Assembly (NCBI RefSeq): GCF_044704955.1
Contig: NC_091999.1
Span: 54,870,001-54,934,000 of the forward strand
Direction: 5' to 3'
Length of the DNA: 64,000 bases
From: Pristiophorus japonicus
Lineage: Eukaryota
In this document: piece after piece, positions 12,486 to 25,832 of the stretch
How the letters are laid out: each line of letters opens with the position of its first letter
Position numbering within the stretch: the stretch's first letter is position 1
Made by a program: the position numbers and the translations under genes
The notes under the pieces: generated by a model
Told to the model about the DNA's origin: nothing
Database searches by the model: none
Seen by the model: the letters and a program-made list of their open reading frames with translations, nothing else

Positions 12486-12984
12486 CCCGTCAGCAATTGG
12501 ATTCTGTCTCTGTGAGAATCTGGGCTTCATCTCCACCCCCACAGCCACACACATGCACATCGGGATTCAGGGAGCATTTCCGATCATTTTTAGCAATATT
12601 GACACGGGGGCAACTCTCCTATTCTTTTTGAAGTAATGCTCTGGGACCTCTCACATCCACCCGAGTGCGCAGACGGAGCTTCAATTTAACATTTCATCCG
12701 AATGTCAACAGCTTCAACAATGCAAAATTCCCCAAGTCCTGCAGTTGAGTGTTAGCAAAGATTATATGCTCAAGTCTCAGGAGTGCGACTTGAACACACA
12801 AACTCCTGATTCAGTCGAGAATGCTGCCACTGAACCAAAGCTGAGACAAAAGTTCACAGCCGTATTACTTTCCCCAAGTCTTTTTTTTTAAGTTCCAGGA
12901 CATACCAAGTTCACGGTGATGATTTCCACAGACAGTTGCACATACACAGAGACATATATACAGATAGACAGACACAGAGACACA

Positions 12985-15890
12985 GTCGATTCAATCTCTC
13001 CTCATATGTCAGTCCTGCCATCCCGGGAATCAGTCAGGTAAACCTTTGCTGCACTCCCTCAATAGCAAGAAAGACCTTCCTCAGATTACGAGACCAAAAC
13101 TGAACACAATATTCCAGGTGAGGTCTCACAAAGGTCCTGTACAACTGCAGTAAGACCTCTCTGCGCCGATACTCAAATCCCCTAGCTATGAAGGCCAACA
13201 TACCATTTGCCTTCTTCACTGCCTGCTGGAACTGCATGCCAGCTTTCAATGACTGATGTACCATGACACCCAGGTCTCGTTGCAGCTCCCGTTTTCCAAA
13301 TCTGCTGCCATACAGATAATATTCTGCCTTCGTGTTTTTGCCACTAAAGTGGATAACCTCATATTTATCCACATTATACTGCATCTGCCATGCATTTGCC
13401 CTCTCACCTAACCGGTCCAAGTCACCCTGCAGCCTCTTAGCGTCCTCCTCACAGCTCACACCGCCACCCTGTTAGTATCATCTGCAAACTTGAAGATATT
13501 ACACTCAATTCCTTCATCTAAATCATTAATGTATATTGTAAATAGCTGGGATCCCAGCACTGAGCGCTGTGGCACCCCACTAGTCACTGCCTGCTTTTCT
13601 GAAAAGGACCGTTTATCCCGACTCTCTGCATTCTGTCTGCCAACCAGTTCTCTATCCACGTCAGTACATTACCCCCAATACCATGTGCTTTAACTTTGCA
13701 CATCAATACGTGTGTGGGACCTTGTTGAAAGCCTTTTGAAAGTCCAAATACACCACATCCACTGGTTGCCCTTGTCATTATACTAGCTACATCCGCAAAT
13801 AATTCCAGAAGTTTTGTCGAGCTTGATTTCCCATTCATATATTCATGCAGCTTGGACCGATCCTGTCACTGCTTTCCAAATGCGCTGCTATTTCATCTTT
13901 AATAAATTGATTCGTACATTTTCCCCACTACTGATGTCAGGCTAACCGGTCTGTAATTATCCGCTTTCTATCTCCCTCCTTTTTTAAAATGTGGTGTTAC
14001 ATTATTTACCCTTCAGTTCATATGAACTGATCTAAAGTCGATAGACTGTTCGAAAATGATCATCCGCTATTTCTAGGGCCACTTCCTTAAGTACTTTCCA
14101 ATGCAGACTATCAGGCCCTGGGGATTTATCGGCCTTCAATCCCATTTATTTCCCGAACACAATTACCTGACTGATAAGGATTTCCTTCAGTTCCTCCTTC
14201 TCGCTAGATCCTTGGTGCCCTAGTATTTCTGGAAGGTTATGCGTTTCTTCCATCGTGAAGACAGAACCAAAGTGCTTGTTCAACTGGTCTACAATTGCCT
14301 TCTTCCCCATTATAAATTCACCTGAATCTGATTGCAAGGGACCTACGTTTGTCTTCTCTAATCTTTTTGTCTTCACATATCTATCGAACTTTATTATGTT
14401 CCCAGCAAGATTCCTCTCATAATCTATGTTCCCCCTCCTAATTAAACCCTTTGTCCTCCTCTGCCGAATTCTAAATTCCTCCCAGTCCTCAGGTTGAAGC
14501 TTTTTCTGGCCAATTTATATGCCTCTTCCCTGGATTTAACACTATCCTTAATTTCCTTTGTTAGCCACGGTTGAGCCACATTCCCCGTTTTATTTTTACT
14601 CCAGACAGGGAAATACAATTGTTGACGTTCATCCATTTGATCTTTAAATGTTTGCCATGGCCTATCCACCTTCAACCCTTTAAGTATCATTCGCCAGTCT
14701 ATTCTAGCAAATTCACGCCTCATACCATCGAAGTTATCTTTCCTTAAATTCAGGACCCTAGTCTCTGAATTAACTGTGTCACTCGCCACCTTAATGAAGA
14801 ATTCTACCTTATTATGGTCACTCTTTCCCAAGGGGCCTCGCACAACAAGATTGCTAATTGGTCCTTTCTCATTACACACCACCCAGTCTAGGATGGCCAG
14901 CCCTCTAGATGATCCCTCGATATACTGAGTGAGAAAACCATCCCTAATACGCTCGAGGAAATACTCCTCCACCATATTGCTACCTGTTTGGTTAGCCCAA
15001 TCTACATGTAAAGTAAAGTCGCCCTTGATAACAGCTGTATCTTTATGGCACGCATCCCTAATTTCTTGTTTGATGCTGTCCCCAACCTCACTACTACTGT
15101 CTGCTGATCTGTACACAACTCCACTTGCGTTTTCTTCCCTTTGGTATTCCGCAGCTCCACCCATTCATATTCCACATCATCCAAGCTAATGTCGTTCCTT
15201 ACTATTGCCTTAATTTCCTCACTATTGCCTTAATTTCCTCTTTAACCAGCAACGCTACCCTACCACCTTTTCATTTCTGTCTATGCTTCCTGAATGTTGA
15301 ATTCCCAGCCTTGGTCACCCTGGAGCCATGTCTCCGTGATGTCAATTATTTCATATTCAGTAATTGCTGCTTGTGCAGTTAATTCGTCCAGCTTATTACG
15401 AATACTCCTCGCAATGAGGCACAGAATCTCCAGGCTTGTTATTTTAACACACGTTGTCCCTTTAGAATTTTGCTGTAAAAGGCCCTATTTGATTTTTGCC
15501 GTGGGTTTCTCTGCCCTCCACCTTTTCTTTTATTCTTTCACTTCTGCGCCCATTCTACTTCCCTCTGTCTCCCGTCGCCCTGCCATATTACTTTAAACCC
15601 TCCCCAGAAACGCTAGCATGCACTCCACCTTGAACATTGGTTCTGGTCCTGCCCAGGTGCAGACCGTCCGGTTTCGTTCTGGTCCCACCTCCTGCAGAAC
15701 CGGTTCGAAAGTCCCAGAACTTGAATCCCTCCCATCTGCACCACACTTCAAGCCACGGATTCATCTGAGCTATCCTGCGATTCCTGCTCCGACTAGCAGG
15801 TGGCGCTGGTAGCAATTATGAGTTTGCGACCTTTGAAATCCTACTTTTTAATTTAACTCCTAGCTCCCTGAATTCAGCTTGTTGGTCCTC
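12985..15890 (-). mobile_element. Decayed CR1 LINE (ORF1 SGNH-esterase end, AP endonuclease, RT), 3' end missing
   Basis: 15588-15815 encodes MNPWLEVWCRWEGF..PDGLHL (CR1 ORF1). 14442-15164 is the endonuclease (GDF..WANQ, LGKSDHN). 13456-13659 has SGVPQ.SVLG..FADDT. Confidence 0.92.
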
Positions 15891-16075
15891 AGACACATTG
15901 AGTCAGAGACTCAAACACGTAAAGATATACAGAGCTCTCTAAAGACATAGAGTGAGAGGCACTTCACAATCCCATTTCTTGGTCAGTTGAGAATGTGACA
16001 GAGTTACAGTTTCAACAGAAGGCATTAGGGTATCAATGAGCAGGATGGGAGAAAATCGGTGTTAAATTCAAGAGT

Positions 16076-16158
16076 TACCAGGAGTGGGGTTCGAACCCAC
16101 GTAACTATAAACCCATTGGATCTTAAATGCAACGACTTATACACTCGGCCATTCTGGA
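16076..16158 (-). pseudogene. tRNA-Leu(TAA) pseudogene
   Basis: B box is intact; D, anticodon and variable stems are disrupted. Confidence 0.8.
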
Positions 16159-16931
16159 CTTGTGAACCTTCACATTCTGTCTCTGTGAGAATCTGGGCTT
16201 GAGCACCACCCTCACAGACACACGCATACACACAGGTTTTCAGTGAGCATTTCAGAATATTTATATAAAAGTGACATGGGGGCAACTCAGTACTCTTTAT
16301 CGAATAATGCTGTCGGAACATTCACATTCACCCGAGAGAGCAGATGGAGCTACAATTTAACATTTCATCCGAAAGTCACCATCTTCAACAATGCAAAATT
16401 CCCCAAGTACTGCACTTGAGTGTCAACCAAGATTATATGCTCAAGTCTCAGGAGTGGGACTTGAAGTCGAAAATGCTGTCGCTGAAGCAAAGCCGATATC
16501 AAATGTCACAACCGTATTATTTTCCCCAAATCTTTTTTAAAAGTTCCAGGACATACCAAATTCATGGTGATGATATCCGCAGACAGTTGCGCATACACAG
16601 AGACATATACACAGATAGACAGACACAGAGACACACACACAGATAGACAGACACAGAGACACACACGCATACATAACCAAAAATATAGATGCACCAATGG
16701 ACATACACAGAGTGCCTTAGACATATAGAGGGATAGACAGGCTGAATCACTGTCGCGAATTGAGCTGATTTTTGCGTTTTTCTATCCGCATGTATCGTAA
16801 ATATTGCAGATTAATGAAAATGAGAATAACATGTCAGTGTTGAAAGGTGTGGGACGTTATTCCATCCAACTCAGGATCCGTTTTGCAGGGACCTGGTTAA
16901 AGTCTGAAATTGAATGAAAAATGCTGAAATC

Positions 16932-17013
16932 CGTAGTCGGCAGGATTCGAACCTGCGCGGGTAAACTCCCATGGATATCTAGTCCATTGCCTTAACCACT
17001 CGGCCACGACTAC
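16932..17013 (-). tRNA. TRS-AGA: tRNA-Ser(AGA), nearly intact
   Basis: GTAGTCGTGGCCGAGTGGTTAAGGCAATGGACTAGATATCCATGGGAGTTTACCCGCGCAGGTTCGAATCCTGCCGACTACG. Acceptor, anticodon and T stems are perfect, it has G73, and a T5 terminator lies ~11 nt downstream. T37 and a weakened variable arm are atypical. Confidence 0.75.
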
Positions 17014-17231
17014 TGCGTCTGTGTGTTTTTAAATGTTACTAAGATATAACTCAATCATCCATCTCTCTGTATCAGAACACCACAGAGTCCTGAAAAAGTC
17101 TCCGTTTCCTAAAAATATGGAAGAGCCAATATCGTCTTGCTGTATTTTTACTCTTCTATGTTGCTCTGGAACTTTTAATATGAATCTATACCGAATAACA
17201 GAAGTACAATTCTACATTTCGAAAATGCTTC

Positions 17232-17276
17232 CTCCCGCATGACAGGTGGGGATACTCACGACTATACTAAAGAGGT
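17232..17276 (-). pseudogene. tRNA-Asp remnant with internal deletion of the T-arm
   Basis: The 5' half is retained; the deletion lies between two CTCCC microhomologies. Confidence 0.7.
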
Positions 17277-17639
17277 ACTGACGGGTGTAGATTTTGAGAC
17301 AGCAGGAATCGAGCTGTGAAAAGAACTAGACACCATGAGAAAGAGACAGACACATTGAGAGACAGATACAAAAACAGGAACAGGGAGAGACAGACAGCGA
17401 GCTAGAGAAATAGAGAGAGAGCAAGTGTGAGACTGAGAGGGATAGGCAGACTGAGTGAAACAAAGACTCAAACACACACATACACAGATATGTGTGTGTG
17501 TGTGCTCCATAAAGAGAGGGAGGCAAAGAGTATACCGTTGATGGTTAACATAGAAAATAAATGATTATGAAATGAAAAGTGTCCTTATATTTTAACAAGT
17601 TCTTTGCTGTCAGACTAACATTAACCTGGCATTTACAGA

Positions 17640-18090
17640 GAGCAGAACTTTGCACAGAATTCTCAGTGTAATATACAGACCAGAACTGTGCATAATATTC
17701 TCAGTGCGATATGGGGACCAGAACCATGCACATTATTCTAAGAGTGATATGGGGACCTGAACTATGCGTACTATTCTAAGTATGATATGGAGACCAGAAC
17801 TTTACACCGTATTCTAAGTATGAGATGGAAACCAGAACTTGAAACAATATTCTAAATGTGATATGGAGAACAGAACTGTGTACAGTATTCTAACTGTGAT
17901 ATGGAGAACGGAACTGTGCATACTATTTTAAGTATGAAATGGAGACCAGAACTTTAGACACTCTTCTAAGTATGAGATGGAAATCAGATTTGTGAACAAT
18001 ATTCTAAATGTGATAAGGAGACTAGAACGATGCGCAGTATTCTAAGTATGATATGGAAACCACAACTGTACACAGTACTCTAAGTGTTGT
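17640..18090. repeat. ~38-bp minisatellite (ATTCTAAGTATGATATGGAGACCAGAACTGTGCACAGT-like), ~12 copies, downstream of Cmu1
   Basis: Directly visible tandem units. Confidence 0.9.
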
Positions 18091-18165
18091 CTAACCAAAT
18101 TTCTACACAAGTTGAACATAATTCCTCACCTTATCATAGTTTGCCCTGTAACCCATATCACTAAC

Positions 18166-18465
18166 CTCGCATTGTGATGGCCCAGACCGATACACCACGT
18201 CGAACCTCACAGTAGATTGTGCTGTTCCCCACATCTGTCTCGTTGATGGTTAACTGGCTGCTCTGGGTGTAGGTTCCCTTCTTGGTGAGCATTGATGGGT
18301 AGGTCTTCAATCCAGTGGTGATTGGCACTTTATCTTTCTTCCAGGAAATGCTGGTTATATCGGGGGAGTAGTCCATCGCCAAACAACCATATGTGATGGA
18401 GCCATCGGTGCTTGGTTGTTCACAAGAGGAGAGCAGGGCGTAGAGGGTGGGGGGTGGCGGTGTTA
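18166..18465 (-). CDS. IGHM: IgM heavy-chain constant exon Cmu1 (shark type), intact, 300 nt
   Basis: [90 protein letters not shown]. It has the C1-set C/W/YxC pattern and closely resembles horn shark Cmu1. Acceptor TTCTTTCCCAG, donor G|GTTAG, phase 1/1. Confidence 0.95.
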
Positions 18466-19219
18466 CTGGGAAAGAATGGCCCATTGAACAAGTTAGACTC
18501 TGTAATCCATGCTTATAAAAGAAATAAGCAACACGAAATTTGACTGCAGAATAATCTAATTCCACCATTTCCCCATCAAAGACTACACGGGCATTTGAGT
18601 TTCTGTCAGTTCCATCATAAGCACCTGTCGATGCCCTGGTGAGGAACACACCTTTTTATCCCCTAGCTCTATCATATTACACAACAAGAACCTTTACACA
18701 ACTCGTCAATAAAGACTCCTTCATTGGATCATACAATAGAAGAACAGAGACGTGTTCCTGCTATTTCGGATTGCATTTATTTCTCAATCAGCACCATTTC
18801 TGGTCCTTTATTTAATTGCTGTTTGGGGAATTTTGCTCTGTGCACATTGCCTGCGGCATATCCCTACAAAACAACAGTGACTGTACTTCAAAGTAACAGC
18901 GGAATTCCTGCTTCGGATGTTAACAAAAAAACCCTCTAAATTTGCCTACCACATAATTCAACATAGTCTACTTTCTAAGATTCAAGTTGTAGGTGAATCG
19001 CGATTGAGTCTAATTTCTCCCTTATTTTCTCAGCATTTGCGGGAGAGCGATGTCGCTCAGTGCACTGTGATCTGGGCTCTATCCCATCCTATTGAATGCA
19101 TGTCTCTTGAGTTTCCTCCTCCCTCCCATTCAATTAATAATCCGAATAAAATACCATTCCAAAATCTGGTTAATTGGAAGTTTCTCCTTAAATGGCCCAT
19201 TTCAGTTCCCATTGTTGTT

Positions 19220-20140
19220 CCTGTTATATAACAATGACCTGGGCTTGGTTATAGGGAATACAATATCGAATTTCGAAGATGATGCAAAACCTGGCAATGT
19301 AGCCAATAGTGAGCATGAAAGCAGCAGACTCCATGAGGAGACAGATGGACCAGTGAAATAGGCTGGGACATGGCAATTGCAATTTAATGCGAATCATTGA
19401 GAAGCGATGCACATTGGGTGGAAGATGGAGAGGCAGTATAATCTAAATTGTATTGTTTTGAGGGGATGCATGAACAAAGAGATCTAGATGTACATATTCA
19501 CAAATATTTGAAGGGGGCAGGGCAAACTGGTAAGACTGTTATGAAAGCGTATGGGATACTTTACTTTGTAAATGGGGCATTGACTACAAACACAAGGCGG
19601 TTTTGATAAACGTACAGATCACGTGTTAGGCCTCAGCTGGAGTATTGTGCACAATTCTGGCACAACAATGTAGGAAGGATGTCAAGCCCTTGGGGAGTGT
19701 ATGTAGAGGGGAGGCTTTTACCAGGATGATGCCAGGGATGTGGTCTTCAGTTATATGGAGAGATTGCAGAAGCTGGGATGTTCTCCTTGGAGCAGAGGTT
19801 AAGAGGAGACTTAAGAGAGATATTAAACATTATGACATGTTTTGACAGAGCAAGTAATGAGAAACTGCTTCCGCTGGAAAGTAGGTGGATAACCAAAGGT
19901 CACAGATTTAAAATAATTGGCAAAAGATCAAAAGGGGAAATTGGGGTAATTTTTTCACACAGAGGGTTGGTAATTTCAGGAATGCTCCAGACATTTCCTC
20001 CTGTAAGTCAGGATGACTCAATTGCACGGTTACAAGCAAAACCCTGGGGGGTTGGTATAAATTGGACAGCTCTTTCAGAGCCGGCACAGGCACGATGCCT
20101 GAATGGCCTTTCCAGTGCTGTGAGATGCTATCATTCTACA
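19220..20140 (+). mobile_element. Old CR1 3' fragment in the J-Cmu1 intron
   Basis: ISNFEDDAK and FSLEQRLRGDL.E..IM motifs. Confidence 0.85.
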
Positions 20141-20849
20141 CGAGTCAGTGGGAATAGTTCTTCTAGATTTAATTAAAGGAAACGCTTCATATTTTGGACA
20201 CCTCTACCAGATCTATTTTTATTGTTCGTTATAATGAAAGAGGATATTTAAAATAAAGGGATCTTATAAATCTGACACAAATTAGTCAATCGCATGCTGT
20301 TATAAAGGCTTAACGTTCATTGTGAATGATGACTTATTGCAGGTTGACTCTATCTCTTTAAATGTTTCACAGAATTACAGCTCAGTGATTGTGTGCCTTG
20401 TGTTGTGACCCAGGCCAATAGCTGCATCTCGTCATAGTTTGTCCCTGCCTTTAACCTTCTCAGGAAGAATTGAACAACATAATGTTTCTAAACATGAGGT
20501 CCCCATGACGGTTATTTGAAGCGGGAATCTCGATATTCTCCATTTAAATTGTGAAAATATCTTACAGCCTCCCAACAGATTAGAACAGGCGCTGCTTTCT
20601 GGACCGTTATTCACTTCCTAAAACGGTTTGTTCTGAAAGTGAGCTGAGGATCAGGCCAATCGTGTTCAATAGTAATCTGATGCTTAAAATGTTCAAAAAT
20701 TAATAATTCATATAAATTTGGGCTTTTTTTCAGAAAGAATATAAACATCAATGAATGTGCGTTGTTTAATCTGGGCAATGGAGCGATTTATTGTATATAT
20801 CTGGCACGAGCAGTTTATCTGCTATCTGTTAGTCGCATATAACGGTGCC

Positions 20850-22245
20850 TTGAACACTGCCTGACCAAGCACTCTCAGGTCCGATACAGCACGGATAAGA
20901 GAGCAAAGCTCCCGCTGTGCTGCCGTGTGTGTCAGGACAGGTATAGCAAGGGTTGCATACAGAGTAATACGTTATCTGTATTATCCCGTCAAACATTCCC
21001 AGCTCAAGTACTGCAGAGATGTGCTACGAAATGCCTTCCCTTAAAATGTGTTATCAAATTGACCGATTAGATTAAGCACAATTATCACAAGTACAAAGAA
21101 AAGCTTCCTATACACTGATCCATTAAAGCGCACCAGCTCACCTCGAGCTCTGATTAAATAGATCAAGCTATATTGAAGGACCCAATTAAGCTCCACGTCC
21201 TTGTAAATAAAAGGTTAAATACTGATTAAAGCTATCTCTGCAATGTCCCATCAAGCACTGCCATTTAAGGTAAAGCACGGGTTAGTTGCAGAGTAAAGCT
21301 CCCTCTTCACTGTCACATCAAACACTCCCAGGGCATGTACGGCACGAGTTAGATAAAAAGTAAATTTCCCTCCACACTGCCAATTAAACACACTCAGAGC
21401 AGGTATAGTAAGGCTTGGATAAAGAATAAAGCATTCTCTACACTGTTCCATCAAACACTGCCAAGACAGGTACAGAGTAAAGCTCCCTCTACAGTGTCCC
21501 ATTAAACATTCCCAGGGCATGTTCAGCATGGGTTAGATACAGAATAAATCTCCCTCTACGGTGTTTCATCAAAAAATCCCAGTGCAGGTACAAAATTGCC
21601 AAAATAAATTGGAGTACCCAGCAGATCAGACGAGATGCTGCTATCCTGAAAGTGTTTGTTCTGAAAGTGAGCTTCGGATCAGACCAATCTCATTCAATAA
21701 TTATCTGATGCTCAAATTCTATAAACATTACGAATTCGATATCTTATTAGTTAGAAGCAGATGAGGTTCCTTCAATATTTTTGGGAAATCACTCAAATCA
21801 GATACAGGATCGATCCGATAGAGTAAATCTCCCTCTTCACCGATCTATCTGGGGCTTAAGGTCATGTAAAGCAAAGGTTGAATGAACATTATACTTCACT
21901 ACCCTGTATGACGGGTCAAATATAGCAAGGTTTGGATTCCGAGTAAAATTATTTCTGCACTGTCCCATTAAACACTCCAAAGGCATGTAGAGCATGGGCT
22001 AGATACAGAGTAAAGCTCCCTCTACATTGTCCCATCAAACACGTCCACAGCAGGTACAGCATGGGTCAGATACAGAGTAACACTCCCTCTACACTGTCCC
22101 ATCAAACACTCTCAGGGCACGTACAGCACGGGTTAGATACAGAGTACAGAGTAAAGCTCCTTCTTCACTGTCCCATCAAACACTTCCAGGGCAGGTACAA
22201 CCGGGTTAGAAACTGATTAAAGCTCCTTCTACTCTCTCCCCATGG
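20850..22245. repeat. 67-bp tandem repeat (GGGTTAGATACAGAGTAAAGCTCCCTCTACACTGTCCCATCAAACACTCCCAGGGCAGGTACAGCAC); other arrays ~33000-33290, 45170-45430, 52340-52630
   Basis: The period is 67 bp (e.g. 22063 to 22130). Confidence 0.9.
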
Positions 22246-25200
22246 TGTTTTGGAACTGCTCCTTCTGACTATCCTAATCTGGGTTACCGATCTCATTTCT
22301 GCGGCGACTCCACAACCTTAAAGTCAATCTTTCACGTTTCTCACATATGCCAGTTTCTTAAATAACTGAGTTAAATTACACTCCCTGCAATACAGGATCA
22401 CAATCCAGAAGTTTTACAATCCGTCAGGAGGACTCCTGATTCTCACGCAGTGAGCAGGCGCACAGAAACGGAACAGAGAGACCAGCTCACTCTGTAATTT
22501 CAATGACGCTGCTTGATTTCTTATTTACTTCTTGTCAATTTCCAACCACCTCAACTCTGCAGATTCTTTGAAATTCAACTGATATTAATTTGAGAGATTC
22601 TTCAACATCCAGCCATTTTTCCATCTCTGTCAACTATGTTGTAAACCGTGTAAAAAAGAACTTCCCTGAAAGCAAGTATCTGGAAATAATTCACATTCCA
22701 CGGGAATTTGCTGCCCGTCACACGGGAATCAGTGACAGAATAAGAATATCACAATCCAGGGGACATCTACAATGAAACCTGATCACCCACTGATTTTATA
22801 TCTTTTCATCAGTAAATATAACCTGTAAAATCATCGAGGCAAAACAGGAAGTTAATTCACTAAAATCTGCAGCGACACCTTATCGAACTCAGCACAGCCG
22901 GGTTATACATGCATTGTTTTCTAAATTATCTTATGAATTAATTAAACATTATCTGCAACCCTTGAGATTTTGCAATAAGTGTAATACTGACCAGTATGCA
23001 ACACAATTGTAATGGACCGTTTATGTTTAATGAAATAGCACTGATGTTACTGTCTAAGTTAATGTTCATGTTAGCTGATTATTGAAAATAATCTGAGTGC
23101 CTATCTGGTTCTTCCTGCTCAGAAGCACACGTACCTGGAACTTTTGAAATTAAATTAACGTGCTTGAATTTCAGCCTTACTAATACAATTAATTAATAAT
23201 AATTTTAAAACCTTTTTCTGCCTGGTAACTTGTGATATATTAAGGTTAACTTAACTTATTATAACAATTCATGAATATTAAAATATTAAGCAGCATATTA
23301 ATATATCAATACTCAGAAAAATACCTTTTTTTTTACTTAAATCGAAACAAATTTGAATAATTGACAATAATCGCTGTCCCGCTCTCGACCGACATCTTTT
23401 TAAACTCTGCATGTTTCTGATATTGGATAAACTGCGTCTATTCGCAGAGAACATTTCACATGATCGATTTAAGGGTGGACTATTTTAAATAGTTCTCTGT
23501 CCAGCCGGGGTCACAACTCCAATGGTTGTAAACCGCTTGTTTACTAATGCTGGAATCTCGAGCTGAAAGATTCTCCTCAATCTTAAACCCCAAAAATGTC
23601 ATTATTGATTAAAACCCACCCGTGTAGTTTACAGTTAGTAGCAGATCCTCCGCTGTTTAGTAACACAGACAATCTTTTATAGTTCACTCCCGTTATTCAC
23701 ACAATGCCCCAATTTAATGATTAAATATATTCTGCTACTTCTTTAAAATAGTTTCCCGAATGGTCAGTGAAAACTGGAGGATAACAAATCATTCAGACCG
23801 TATGCGACATTGAAACTGAATGAGCAAATGGAGGAGAAACTTTGTTCATCAATTTAATATTCATAAGAATTAAACATAACTCTCAGATATTATCTGTACT
23901 TTGTCTACTATTCTATTCCGCATACAGCAGCGTATTGGGAGAATAGATTTTGTTTTAAATTCAAAATAAGATGAACCTTTTGTAAGTAAATTAATCTGCT
24001 TGAATGCAGTATTTGCCTGTCTCCAGCCATACGCAGTCGGAACCTGCCTTGCATTTAAATATAATGACATGAACAATTCTTTGACTGCCAGCGACGCCTG
24101 TCTCTCAGCTTTTGGTCTTGCAAAGTGTTCAAGATTAATTTAGTAATAACTCTATCAAACAACACACAATATTGAATCAATAACAAATTTCGGCTGCACA
24201 GTGAGAATGTCATACCCCGGCAGATATATTAAATTGACAAAATGCAATTTACAACACGGCTTTAAGTTATAATTAATTGCCCTCAATCATTCATCTGTGT
24301 AAACAGGAGGTAGCAAGTAATTGAACTCCTGACACAACTGAATACAGCGGTGGAATCAATATGTTGTCAGTGAAATAATTGCAGGCATAATTAATAACTG
24401 TGTCCAGCCTCTAAAAAATTCTGCTTCCCTTAATGGATCCCAGTGCAGAGCAGAATTTTGGAAAGCGAATAATATTGAGGAAATTAACATTAGACTTATA
24501 GCATATTTTAACAACACTGGGAGATATTATCGCATTATAATCGGTTGCTTAATATTCATTTAATTCAACTACAACCTGAACACATTAATTATGTAGATGG
24601 CAATTAGTTACATTTCACACAATAAAATATCAGCATCGTAAAGATAGATTAATAGTTGAATATATATTTATCACTTGTATAATTGTTATGTTAAAATACC
24701 TTTCAATGATTTCTGATTTCTAAACCCGTCCTGTTCTCTGCCTATAATCTGTTTTCAAACAGTTTCAAACACATATCGTGTTTGCATTCGAGCAGAAACC
24801 TGATGCTACCCGCTGACACTGATATTAAACATTGTAGAAACGCCAAACAGTTTCACAAATTCTAGGTATTCTGAGTAACACAGGCATACCTCTCCTCAGC
24901 AGATCAACACTAAATCACATCACTGAGGGGCGAAATCCCTCGACAGAACCTTTCATGGAGCAGACGCTTCATTTTATAAACCCTTTCAGCAGAATCAAAT
25001 GTATCATTGCAAAAAATCTCATTACACAATCACCAAACCCGCCTAACACTGAAATAACTAAAGATTGAATTCAACAGAAATATAAAATAATGAAAGCAGA
25101 ATTGCGATCAAACGGATCATGTTAAATACATTAATGTTGATATTATAGCATATTTAATAAAACGTGTTGATATTGCTACATTATATTAATGTTAATAATA

Positions 25201-25754
25201 TTAATTTAACTGTGTCCTAGCGTGAAATATGTTAATTTTCCAGTTCTTAAGTACAGTAGCAGCTCACGTATTGAATCTGAGCGTTCGGAAACATTCGGTC
25301 AGTAGATGACAATGCAATTTCATTAAAAAAAACTTAAAATTCCTTAAGCTTATTTACTGATCGCTAAGCTTTCTGTTTTGTGCCTACAATGTTCTTTTAA
25401 ACATATTTATACACAATGTTTGCATTCGATCAGAAAAACTGCAGCAATTAGAGATCACCAAAATTAAACATTGCAGAAACATCAAACAGTGTAAAAACCA
25501 TAACGTATTTAGAGTAACCCAGGCACATGTCTCGTCAGCAAATAAATACCAAATCACATCAACAACATTTTCAGTGGAGAAACAGTTGAATTCTATAATC
25601 ACTTTGCAGCAGAATCACATTGAACATTGCAAAAAATCTAAAAACAAAATCCACCGAACCCAAATTTCAGTGAACAAAATAATTATTAAAATAAACAGAA
25701 ATATAAAATAAAGACACAAATACAAGAGTCACTGAATGAGTGAATGTTCCTTAC

Positions 25755-25804
25755 TTGCAGTCACCGTCACCATGGTCCCTTGTCCCCAGTAGTCCATTTC
25801 GTTA
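25755..25804 (-). CDS. IGHJ: JH segment (possibly germline-joined D2-JH): NEMDYWGQGTMVTVTA
   Basis: WGxG motif. Splice donor A|GTAAGG is in phase with Cmu1. Confidence 0.95.
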
Positions 25805-25832
25805 CACAGTGAGACACGTCATGTCAAATACT
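25805..25832 (-). promoter_or_regulatory. 12-spacer RSS 5' of JH
   Basis: Read on +: CACAGTG (25805-25811), 12 nt, TCAAATACT (25824-25832). No nonamer-like sequence at 22/23 nt. Confidence 0.85.

Larger units (their letters stand above)
1..17531 (-). repeat. Tandem tRNA-gene array (unit: Leu-TAA / AG-rich spacer / Asp-GTC / Ser / SINE fragment), ~8 full or partial units, continuing off the left edge
   Basis: The same motif ATGCTGCAGTTGAGTGTTAGCC recurs at 63, 2467, 4425 and 6809 (periods 2404, 1958, 2384), with diverged copies near 7840, 10380, 12740 and 16410. tRNA-like sequences recur in fixed order. Confidence 0.95.

Noticed and set aside
18466-18649. 5' extension of ORF 18161-18649 and of the V ORF 26530-27000
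   Set aside because: These are intronic or RSS read-through; the true exons are defined by splice sites.
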